NCBI GenBank assembly: GCA_045106895.1
Contig: JBGCFM010000067.1
Coordinates: forward strand, 1-10,169
From: Polyangiales bacterium
GTDB lineage: Bacteria; Myxococcota_A; Polyangia; Polyangiales; Houyiibacteriaceae
DNA: 10,169 nucleotides
Direction: 5' to 3'
Of the stretch, positions 1-7,103 are shown piece by piece. The position numbers were made by a program, and so were the translations under genes. How positions within the stretch are numbered: position 1 is the stretch's first letter; each line of letters opens with the position of its first letter. The notes below the pieces were generated by a model. The model searched no databases, was not told the DNA's origin, and worked only from the letters and a program-made list of their open reading frames with translations.

Positions 1-704
1 AGATCCATGTCTCTGTCGCCAAAGCCGCGCGTCACACGAACGGTGGCTCGCGCGACGCGCGGGTCGCGAAATGCATAAATCTGCTCGCGGCCAAAGTGCT
101 CGAGGCGGCTGCCGCAATAGTTGTCGAAGGCGGAAGTGCCCGTGAGCGTCGAGCCCGTGATGGGCTCCGAGTCGCATCCGATCACAACGGCGTCGTCCAG
201 GGGCATACAGCCGCTTGGAGCGATACACGCTGCGTCCGGCGTCGCGGCGCATCCAATCGCGCACTCGCTTCGCTCTTCGCGCCGACAGCCGCGCGCGTCC
301 GCGGCACATGTGACGAGGGTGTCGCCCTCGCAAGACACCCCGGGGGCATCGCATTCGGGCTCTCCACACATCCCGGAACACGTCCGAGAGTCCACGTCGC
401 AGGTGGCGTTTGAGGCCTCGCAGTCCACTTCTCGTCGCACGAGGCAACCGGCAGCGTTCGCTTCGCAGACGGCAAGCGTGTCGCCCTCGCAGGCCGTTTC
501 GCTGCAGCGCTGAGCTTCGGGAACGCCCTCGCAAACGTCGATGGCGGCGTCTTCGTTCGTCCCCCCGGAATCCCGTAAGAGCACGTCTGCGCTCGCATCG
601 ACGATGGCGCCGTCCAAGGTCCCGCCGTCCATGAGTCCATCATCGTCGCCGCACCCGGCGAAGAGGAAGCACACCGAGAAAAGAAGGCAACGCTTGCGTG
701 TCAT
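1..704 (-). CDS. Cys-rich lipoprotein (3' end beyond the left window edge), myxobacterial type, probably followed by a PPC-like beta-sandwich domain
   Basis: Not in the ORF track; translated by hand. ATG at 704-702 opens a stop-free frame to the edge: MTRKRCLLFSVCFLFAGC|GDDDGLMDGGTLDGAIVDASADV... (lipobox FAGC, Asp/Gly/Ala linker), two repeats CEGDTLAVCEANAAGC / CEGDTLVTCAADARGC, then GSTLTGTSAFDNYCGSRLEHFGREQIYAF..ATVRVTRGFGDRDMD. The PPC-like call is by resemblance only. Confidence 0.85.
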   Translation of the reverse strand, partial: MTRKRCLLFSVCFLFAGCGDDDGLMDGGTLDGAIVDASADVLLRDSGGTNEDAAIDVCEGVPEAQRCSETACEGDTLAVCEANAAGCLVRREVDCEASNATCDVDSRTCSGMCGEPECDAPGVSCEGDTLVTCAADARGCRREERSECAIGCAATPDAACIAPSGCMPLDDAVVIGCDSEPITGSTLTGTSAFDNYCGSRLEHFGREQIYAFRDPRVARATVRVTRGFGDRDMD

Positions 705-719
705 CCGCCAACGCTAGCA
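705..719 (-). promoter_or_regulatory. Extended -10 element (TGcTAGCGT) 6 nt before ATG 704; putative leaderless promoter
   Basis: Minus strand reads TG-C-TAGCGT-TGGCGG-ATG with no Shine-Dalgarno. The same architecture recurs at other genes in the window. Confidence 0.6.
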
Positions 720-769
720 ACGCCGAGTTCGCCTCGGCATCGCAAGCAACATACGCTGTATGAGAGCGC

Positions 770-1513
770 TCAGAACTGAATGGAGCTGACGGCGTGCTGC
801 AGCGTCACGCCGGACTCGGCGATGGCGACTTCTTCCGTGGTGTCGACGCGGTGGATCACCGTGACGGTGATGCCCTCTGGGTGGAGCCCTTGGCCAGGGA
901 CGACCACCTGACGAATGAGATACGTGCCGGCCTGGAAAACGCCCCTCGCCGACGGCACCGTGAAGGACGCGTTTCGTTGGAGCAGACTCGCGCCCCGCGC
1001 CGAGAAGGGGCTCGTGTCGATGAGGCGGGGCGCCGGCGCGCCCAGCTGGGCCACGACCTGAGCCGCCGCGGACTCCATCATGGCTTGGGTCGGAAAGCCG
1101 CGGGCAAACCCAAGGGTGATCTGCCGCTGCGCGTGACCCTCCGCGTCTTCGAGGTGAAAGGTCACGTAGGACCAAGGACGCGGCTCCTGCTCCTCACACG
1201 GCAGCACTTTGTACATGCCCGGGTACGCCGCTCTGAACTGCGAGAGCCGCAGATTGTTGTTGTTCGGGCAGACGCTTGCGTGCTGGTACTGAGACCAATC
1301 GGGCGGCGTCGGCGGCGGAGCAAACGCGGGCGGCTGGGTCGGCACGACGGGGGCCATCGGAACCATCGGCGGCGCCACCGGCGTCATCGACGGGCTGGAG
1401 CTGACAAAGACGCCAATCCCAAACACGCCAACGACGAGGACTAGGCCGGCGCAACCGAGGCACCCGACGACGCCTGCGACGATCTGAGCGGTCTTTTTGT
1501 CGGCGCTGTTCAC
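770..1513 (-). CDS. Hypothetical membrane-anchored protein: N-terminal TM helix, Pro-rich linker, extracytoplasmic domain
   Basis: ORF 770..1579. GTG at 1513 is the preferred start (MNSADKKTAQIVAGVVGCLGCAGLVLVVGVFGIGVFV) because TATCGT lies 6 nt upstream. Linker PSMTPVAPPMVPMAPVVPTQPPAFAPPPTPP. Confidence 0.75.
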   Translation of the reverse strand: MNSADKKTAQIVAGVVGCLGCAGLVLVVGVFGIGVFVSSSPSMTPVAPPMVPMAPVVPTQPPAFAPPPTPPDWSQYQHASVCPNNNNLRLSQFRAAYPGMYKVLPCEEQEPRPWSYVTFHLEDAEGHAQRQITLGFARGFPTQAMMESAAAQVVAQLGAPAPRLIDTSPFSARGASLLQRNASFTVPSARGVFQAGTYLIRQVVVPGQGLHPEGITVTVIHRVDTTEEVAIAESGVTLQHAVSSIQF

Positions 1514-1627
1514 ACGACAACGATACCCCAGACCAAAGGCGAATGTCTCAGGGCGCTGAGGAACTGGCATCCGAGCCAATATGAATGACCCTTGACGCCG
1601 AACCCTTTTGCCCGAGGACCCATCCCC

Positions 1628-2239
1628 ATGGCCGAACTAACACTCACGTACTTTGATTTTTCTGGAAGCCGCGGCGAGGAATGCCGTCTCGCGCTTCATG
1701 CCGCCGGCGCTGACTTCCACGACAAGCGCATCAAGCGCGACGCTTGGAACGAAATGAAGGCGTCCACGCCCTTCGGCGGGCTGCCGATCTTGGAGATCGA
1801 AGGCAAGCCCGCGCTTTCCGAGACCAACGCGATCCTCACCTACGTCGGCCGCCGCTATGGTCTGCTCCCCAGCGACCCTTGGGAGGCGGCTCGTCATGAA
1901 GCCGTCCTCTCCGCCGGCGAGTCTCTGCGTTCCGCCATAGGCCCGCTCCGAAAGGCGAAGGACGAAGACGAGAAGAAGAAGACACGCGAGGAGTTCATCA
2001 GTGGCTACCTCAAGCGCTGGGCCACCAACGTCGATTCGCAGATCGAAGGCCCCTTCGTCGGTGGAGACGCGCTAGGCGTCGCGGACATCAAGCTTTACAT
2101 CAGCGCCCACGCGCTCTCGTCGGGCACCTTCGACTACTTCCCTCGCGACGTTCTCAGCCCTTACAAGAAGTTCGATGCGCTCTACAAAGCCGTAGGGGAG
2201 CACGCCAAGATCGCGGAGTGGCGTGCCATGGAGCACTAA
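1628..2239 (+). CDS. Glutathione S-transferase family protein, Tyr-type (sigma-class-like)
   Basis: MAELTLTYFDFSGSRGEECRLAL (Tyr8; YF...RGE..RL.L motif), TPFGGLPILEIEGK (cis-Pro loop), ETNAILTYVGR, C-terminal GDALGVADI N-capping box. A GAGGA RBS-like sequence precedes ATG 1628. Confidence 0.92.
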   Translation: MAELTLTYFDFSGSRGEECRLALHAAGADFHDKRIKRDAWNEMKASTPFGGLPILEIEGKPALSETNAILTYVGRRYGLLPSDPWEAARHEAVLSAGESLRSAIGPLRKAKDEDEKKKTREEFISGYLKRWATNVDSQIEGPFVGGDALGVADIKLYISAHALSSGTFDYFPRDVLSPYKKFDALYKAVGEHAKIAEWRAMEH

Positions 2240-2249
2240 GACTTCGCGC

Positions 2250-2344
2250 CTAGGGTGTTAGCTCTTGCCCCAGGGCCGCGGCGTCTCTTGGGCTGGCGCT
2301 CGGCGCCAGGAGCGCGGCGACGAGAACCGGGAGGCTTGCGTCAC
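2250..2344 (-). pseudogene. Collapsed, internally deleted relic of the secreted-protein gene at 5355-5966 (possible 28-aa sORF at 2258..2344)
   Basis: 2268-2294 matches 5872-5898 at 26/27 nt (AQETPRPWG). Upstream codons give LPVLVAALLAPSA versus LLVLIAGALLAPNA, with frameshifts. 2250-2259 (ctagggtgtt) matches the gene's 3' end at 5355-5364 (ctagggcgtt) at 9/10. Confidence 0.75.
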
Positions 2345-2436
2345 GAGGTCACGCTAACATTTGCCGGTATTCGGACAAATGGACCAGTTTGTGGCTCGAC
2401 CGCAGACACCACCCTACACAGCAGTGGATATCCGAG

Positions 2437-2448
2437 TACCATGCCCCC
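2437..2448 (+). promoter_or_regulatory. -10 element TACCAT 6 nt before the M4 peptidase ATG; putative leaderless promoter
   Basis: TACCAT-GCCCCC-ATG (2437-2451) with no SD sequence. Confidence 0.55.
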
Positions 2449-4815
2449 ATGAACCGTCGTCTACTCGTTCTCGTCGCCCTCCTTGGTTGCTCCGCCCCAA
2501 CAAATCCTGAGCTTACGTTGGAGGCGGGCTCGACGACGCCGGTTGTCTACAATACGTCCAGCTCAGGGCGAGTGCGTGGAGCGACGCTGACGACGCCAGT
2601 CGCCGGTTCGTCGGCCTCGGAACGAGCCGGCCGTTTCTTGGACCTATACGGCGCAGCCCTCGGCATCGACGACCCTGCACAAGCGCTCCGTGAACGTGAA
2701 GTGATGACGAACGATATCGATGATTCGGAAACCGTCGTCTATGAAGGCACCCAAGACGGCGTGGTCGTATTCGGTTCCGACTATCGAGTGCGCGTCGATA
2801 AAGACGGCAACGTCACGTACGCCGGCGGCTCAATCGTTGAAGATGCCGCGGCCTCCTTGCCAGACGCTGAGCTAAGCGCTGAAGAAGCCGTCGACGGGCT
2901 CTCCGAGGTCCTTGGTCGACCCCTTTTCCTGGGAGAGAGCCAGCTCGTCGCGCTCAATGGCGGACTCTTCGTTGGAGTCGAGACACCCAGCGTGCTGACC
3001 TGGATGGTCAAGGTTCGCGGATACGAGGAGCGCTGGGGTGAGAGCTTGGTGTTCATCAACGCTGTGAATGGTCAAGAAGAGCTCGACTTGCCGCTGGCGA
3101 TCAACGCGCGCAACCGCCTGACTTACTCGATGGGCGGACGTGGTATTCGTACGGATCCGGCGTTGGCGGAACTTCAGCTTATCGAAACCGACCCCCAGCC
3201 CGAGGTCGAAGTCACAGCATCCGCTCGCATGCTCCACGACAACACCGGCGACTTCTACGACTACCTGGAGTCCGAGTTTAGCCGCGACAGCTTCGACGAC
3301 GCGGGTGCAGACATGGTGGGCTACACGGACCACGACCGTGCCTGGGACAACGCTCATTGGAATGGCACGGCGACTCACTACGCGCCGCAGTACACCACCA
3401 TGGACACCGTCTCCCACGAGTACACGCACGCCATCATCGAGCACACGGCGGGTCTCGAGTACATCTTTGAATCAGGAGCCATGAACGAGTCGCTCGCCGA
3501 CGTATTCGCGGTGTTCGTCGTCGATGGTGCCAGCTGGGAGTTTGGCGACGACGATGAAGTCGGGGCCATTCGCAGTCTCGAAGATCCGACCATCTTTGGT
3601 CATCCGAACCATACCTCCGTTCAGAGCCGCCCGGGCACCTTGGACCGTTGCTCCGTCGGTGCACCTTGCGCAGGGGCCACCGAGTACTGTCTTACCGGAA
3701 TCTGCATTGACGACAGCAGCGACCACGGCGGCGTGCACTCCAACTCCGGAATCGCCAACCACGTCATCTACCTCTTGAGCGAGGGCGGGACGAACGCGGT
3801 CTCCGATCAAAGCGTGGAAGGTATTGGGCTGGCGAAGGTCAAGAAGCTCGTGTACCGAACGCTCACGGGCTTTCTTGGGGCGACAAGCCGCTTTGTCGAC
3901 TACCGCTTCGCTATGCGAGCGAGCGCGCTTGAGTTCATCGAATCAACGGACGAACTTGAGGATGAAGACGCCGCCAAGTTCACCTACACGGATTGTGGGT
4001 CGGTGCTCAACGCGTTCTCCTCCGTCGGCATCGGCGTCACGGACACGGACAACGACTGCTTCGACGACAGCATCGACAACTGCCCATGCACCTACAACCC
4101 CGAGCAGAACGAGGATGACTGCGTTGCGGGAGAGACCGTCGACATGTGCGAGATCGACGAGTGTGTTCGAATCGAGGATTGCGGGGAATGCATGATGAAC
4201 GAAGCGTGCGGTTTCTGTGACGGCAGTTGCCGCGCCACGGATGACGAAGCGACCTGCGGCTCGCGTGTGTTCGATACGGACTGCGACCTGGTGGACTGCG
4301 GCTCCAACGACGCGTGCGGCAGCTGCCTCGACGCCGCCGGCTGCACCTGGTGCGGCGGCGTTTGCCAAGCGGCTCGACTGACCTGTCTGGACGAAGACGG
4401 GGAGCTCATCGAAGCGCCCACGGAGTGTCTCGACTGTACCGTTCACACGGAGTGCGGAGGATGCGCCGAAGCCGAAGGATGCGGCTGGGACGAGTCCGCA
4501 GCTGCCTGCGCGGAAACAGCTCCCGGTCAGATTAGCGACGCGATGGACTGCACGGACCCGTGCGACGCGCAGACCGACTGTAGCGACTGCACAACTACTC
4601 CTGGCTGCGGCTGGGACGGTACCGCTTGCGTCACCGCCAGCATTGGCTCTGACGTGTGGACTCGGGAATCGCAGTGCTTCGACTGCTCCGGATTCTCGAA
4701 CTGCGGCACCTGCGCAAGCAACGGATTCTGCGCTTGGTGTCCAGGGAGCGGATGCGAAAACGATGCCCTCTCGATGTGCACGGACCGAATCGTCAGTGCG
4801 GGTGGCTGCGAGTAG
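2449..4815 (+). CDS. M4 family (thermolysin-like) zinc metallopeptidase; lipoprotein with FTP/PepSY-like propeptide, TSP3-like repeat and five PSI-like Cys repeats
   Basis: MNRRLLVLVALLGC lipobox; propeptide (GVVVFGSDYRVRVDKDG, VFINAVNG); DNAHWNG; HEYTH at 3415-3429; GAMNESLADVF (third Zn ligand Glu at 3487-3489); DHGGVHSNSGIANH; DTDNDCFDDSIDNCPCTYNPEQ; repeated CxxCxxxxxCxW/F. ATG 2449 is preferred over the track start 2389. Confidence 0.93.
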   Translation: MNRRLLVLVALLGCSAPTNPELTLEAGSTTPVVYNTSSSGRVRGATLTTPVAGSSASERAGRFLDLYGAALGIDDPAQALREREVMTNDIDDSETVVYEGTQDGVVVFGSDYRVRVDKDGNVTYAGGSIVEDAAASLPDAELSAEEAVDGLSEVLGRPLFLGESQLVALNGGLFVGVETPSVLTWMVKVRGYEERWGESLVFINAVNGQEELDLPLAINARNRLTYSMGGRGIRTDPALAELQLIETDPQPEVEVTASARMLHDNTGDFYDYLESEFSRDSFDDAGADMVGYTDHDRAWDNAHWNGTATHYAPQYTTMDTVSHEYTHAIIEHTAGLEYIFESGAMNESLADVFAVFVVDGASWEFGDDDEVGAIRSLEDPTIFGHPNHTSVQSRPGTLDRCSVGAPCAGATEYCLTGICIDDSSDHGGVHSNSGIANHVIYLLSEGGTNAVSDQSVEGIGLAKVKKLVYRTLTGFLGATSRFVDYRFAMRASALEFIESTDELEDEDAAKFTYTDCGSVLNAFSSVGIGVTDTDNDCFDDSIDNCPCTYNPEQNEDDCVAGETVDMCEIDECVRIEDCGECMMNEACGFCDGSCRATDDEATCGSRVFDTDCDLVDCGSNDACGSCLDAAGCTWCGGVCQAARLTCLDEDGELIEAPTECLDCTVHTECGGCAEAEGCGWDESAAACAETAPGQISDAMDCTDPCDAQTDCSDCTTTPGCGWDGTACVTASIGSDVWTRESQCFDCSGFSNCGTCASNGFCAWCPGSGCENDALSMCTDRIVSAGGCE

Positions 4816-4844
4816 CGACAAAGCGCAGGCGAGATCATAGTGGC

Positions 4845-4900
4845 TCAGAGTCTCGCCGACGAGTCTCACGTGTCGTACGTGTTCGTCGTCGGCGAGCTGA
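4845..4900. terminator. Extended GC-rich stem-loop between convergent genes (possible bidirectional terminator or REP-like element)
   Basis: ctcgccgacga (4852-4862) is the perfect reverse complement of tcgtcggcgag (4886-4896); inner cacg/cgtg (4867-4870/4878-4881) and outer tcag/ctga pairs extend it. No U-tract on either strand. Confidence 0.45.
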
Positions 4901-4933
4901 CGCGGGCAAGGGGAGTCAACGTGCTGCCGAGAG

Positions 4934-5311
4934 CTATGGCCGGGTCGAGCAGTAGTCAGGGACTCGCGTTCGCATCGCCTGGAACGAGCGTCCGGCGAAT
5001 CCGTAGTTGAGTGTGTCGCCGCTGACGGAGACATCGGTGAAGACGACGGCATCACGCCCATCGAAGCTCACGGAGAAACTGTCATCGGCGAAGTCTATCG
5101 GGTACGAAATGGCGAAGTCGCCTGCGTCGGAGTCATCGCAGGGGCGATCGCCGGTGAAGAGTCGTCCGTCGCCGCAGAAGACGAAGCACTGATCGTCGTC
5201 GGGCCCTTCTTCGCCGTACCACGCGCCGATGAGCTCATCTTCGAGTGACGCGGTGCCGCATCCCGCCGCGATGAGGAGCGGGATGAGCGCGAGATTACGA
5301 ACGAAGTGCAC
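4934..5311 (-). CDS. Small hypothetical lipoprotein, lipocalin-like beta-rich fold likely
   Basis: GTG 5311: MHFVRNLALIPLLIAAGC|GTASLEDELIGAWY.. (lipobox AAGC). The LIGAW motif and VSVSGDTLNY strand pattern resemble lipocalin-like lipoproteins. TAGTGT lies 5 nt upstream. Confidence 0.75.
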   Translation of the reverse strand: MHFVRNLALIPLLIAAGCGTASLEDELIGAWYGEEGPDDDQCFVFCGDGRLFTGDRPCDDSDAGDFAISYPIDFADDSFSVSFDGRDAVVFTDVSVSGDTLNYGFAGRSFQAMRTRVPDYCSTRP

Positions 5312-5354
5312 GGCGAACACTACGCCCAGTTTGAGTGGCGACACAACCGTAGAG

Positions 5355-5966
5355 CTAGGGCGTTTCGCGAATGCACGCGAGGATGTCGTCGGCGCCCGAG
5401 TGGAGGCGTCCGCACTCTGTCACGCGGGCTGCGTCGCTTGCGGCGCTGAGGCACGCGATCTCGCTCTCGGCGCCGTAGAGCCAGCGAACACACGCGACGA
5501 CGACGGACCCAGCCGCGCCGCTCTCGATGCATTGCTGCTCGCGCGCGGTGGAGTGAAAGCGACGGCGGCACTGCTCCGTGGCGTAACTGTTCGGCGTTTC
5601 TGCGGGTGCCTCCGCAGGGGCAACGGCGCGCGCGGCCTCTGGTTCTTCTTCGGCGCGGGCCGTGGCCTGAGCCTGCAAGAGGAGGAGCTGCTGCTGTCGT
5701 GCTTGACGTTGAAGCCGGCGTCGCTCGCGTGCTTGCTCACGCCGCGCCACGCTTCGCTCTTCGGCGCGACGTCGCTCTTCCGCCATCCGGGCGCGTTCGG
5801 CTTCGGCGCGGGCAGGTGTGCGTGCCCGCCGGACACGTCGTGCGTCCGTGCGACCGGTTCGCGCCGTGTTTCCCCAGGGCCGTGGCGTCTCTTGGGCTTC
5901 GGCGTTTGGCGCGAGGAGCGCCCCGGCGATGAGGACCAGGAGGAGCGTTCGGACTGCGTGCATCAC
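5355..5966 (-). CDS. Secreted protein: signal peptide, Arg/Glu/Ala coiled coil, C-terminal domain with six Cys at 13-aa spacing
   Basis: GTG 5966 or ATG 5963: MHAVRTLLLVLIAGALLAPNAEA|QETPRPWG (AxA cleavage site), then RAEAERARMAEERRRAEERSVARREQARERRR and C-x12-C five times. The upstream part of track ORF 5355..6230 overlaps the divergent gene. Confidence 0.8.
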   Translation of the reverse strand: MMHAVRTLLLVLIAGALLAPNAEAQETPRPWGNTARTGRTDARRVRRARTPARAEAERARMAEERRRAEERSVARREQARERRRLQRQARQQQLLLLQAQATARAEEEPEAARAVAPAEAPAETPNSYATEQCRRRFHSTAREQQCIESGAAGSVVVACVRWLYGAESEIACLSAASDAARVTECGRLHSGADDILACIRETP

Positions 5967-5982
5967 AGTCCGAAACGTAGCA
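5967..5982 (-). promoter_or_regulatory. Extended -10 (TGcTACGTT) 7 nt before GTG 5966, in the 72-bp divergent intergenic region shared with the GyrB-like pair
   Basis: Minus strand reads TG-C-TACGTT-TCGGACT-GTG-ATG. Confidence 0.5.
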
Positions 5983-6038
5983 AACTCAAGGGCTCGGAAC
6001 AAAGGAGTCGCGCCAATCGTGCGCATGACGGGCACGAC

Positions 6039-7103
6039 ATGGCGAACACCTACGACATCAACAGTATTGAGGTCATCGACGGTATCGGGTGCGTTCAGAA
6101 GAGACCCGAGATGTACGTAGGGGACCCCGATTCTCCCGCGAGCCTCTACCAAATGGCGCATTTTGTGATCATCAACGCCATCGACGAACACCTGGCGGGA
6201 AGCTGCACGTCGATGCACGTGACGATGCACGCCGACGGATCCCTCAGTGTTTGCGACAACGGACCAGGCGTCTCCCTTGCGACGGACGAGGAGGGCACAT
6301 CGTTACTGGAGAAGGTCTTGAGCAAGTCCCCGCTCACGTCGAAACCGTGGCCGGCGAACAAGCCTCACGTTCTACTCAACCCCTACTACTCGATAGGAAT
6401 CGCTTCGGCGCTCTCTTCTTCGCTCTCGGCGGAGGTGCGCCAGGACGGTCAGACCTGGCGAATAGAACTCGAGAGAGGACGTGTCAGCAAGAAGCTGGCT
6501 ATGGTCGGTTCCGCCGACAGGAGCGGGACCACGATTCGATTTGCGCCCGACGCTAGTGTCTTTGCGGAGCCGGAGTTCGTAGTGGAGAAGGTCGCCTATC
6601 GCGTCCGCGAACTCTCGGCACTGCTGCCCCGCCTCACGATGCGCTTCTCATGCGAGGGTTACGAGTACGCGTCGTCGGGCCGGGGAGTGGTTGAGCTCCT
6701 CAGCGGGCACGGCAGCACGGCCACCGGCGACGCCCAGCACGGACCTTCCTCGGCGCAGGTCGCCTTTCAGTGGAGCGACGGGTCCGACGAGACGCACGTC
6801 GCCGCGTACTGCAACCTCGACGCCGTCGCCGAAGGAACGCACATCGACGGCTTCCGCCAAGGCCTCGCCGACGCCCTCGGACGTGAGGACAGTGCGCAAG
6901 TCTACGAGGCGCTCGCACCAGGCCTCGGCGCCGTGGTCTCCGTTCTCGTCATCGACCCTGCTTTCCGGTGCCCGACGTATTCCTACCTCGGGTCCAAGGA
7001 AGCCTTCGCCGTTGTTCGCGAAGCAACCATGAGCGCCCTCGAAGCAGACCTCGCGCTTCGCCAGTACCTCAAGGCGCGGCTCAAGACGTTGGATTCCCTA
7101 TGA
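6039..7103 (+). CDS. Stand-alone GyrB/ParE-like N-terminal fragment (GHKL ATPase + transducer, 354 aa), probable pseudo-ATPase
   Basis: MANTYDINSIEVIDGIGCVQKRPEMYVG..NAIDE..VCDNGPG..GTTIRFAPD..EGTHIDGFR..VIDPAF aligns residue-for-residue with the start of E. coli GyrB. It stops before TOPRIM. The Glu42 position is Phe (TTT 6162-6164). Confidence 0.9.
   Translation: MANTYDINSIEVIDGIGCVQKRPEMYVGDPDSPASLYQMAHFVIINAIDEHLAGSCTSMHVTMHADGSLSVCDNGPGVSLATDEEGTSLLEKVLSKSPLTSKPWPANKPHVLLNPYYSIGIASALSSSLSAEVRQDGQTWRIELERGRVSKKLAMVGSADRSGTTIRFAPDASVFAEPEFVVEKVAYRVRELSALLPRLTMRFSCEGYEYASSGRGVVELLSGHGSTATGDAQHGPSSAQVAFQWSDGSDETHVAAYCNLDAVAEGTHIDGFRQGLADALGREDSAQVYEALAPGLGAVVSVLVIDPAFRCPTYSYLGSKEAFAVVREATMSALEADLALRQYLKARLKTLDSL

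Noticed and set aside
96..643. Track ORFs 96..413, 121..513, 182..643 and 410..634
   Set aside because: All overlap the lipoprotein frame 704->1, which has a lipobox, repeats and a promoter-like element.
1170..1195. EQEPRPW in the 770-1513 protein resembling QETPRPW of the secreted protein
   Set aside because: Only a few residues match, in a different context with no flanking similarity; probably chance.
2255..2452. 65-aa plus-strand ORF between GST and the protease
   Set aside because: The region is better explained by the minus-strand relic and two divergent -10 elements.
3943..5061. 372-aa minus-strand ORF and other ORFs overlapping the protease
   Set aside because: These are antisense or alternate-frame shadows of a clear M4 peptidase in high-GC DNA, with no recognisable motifs.
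5229..6038. 270-aa N-terminal extension of the first GyrB-like ORF (624 aa in the track), suggesting a novel fusion
   Set aside because: It is the antisense shadow of the signal-peptide-bearing genes on the minus strand. ATG 6039 aligns exactly with Met1 of GyrB.
6968..7099. Upstream extension of the second GyrB-like ORF
   Set aside because: It overlaps the 3' end of copy 1 out of frame and has shadow-like composition. The ATGA overlap at 7100 is the better start.
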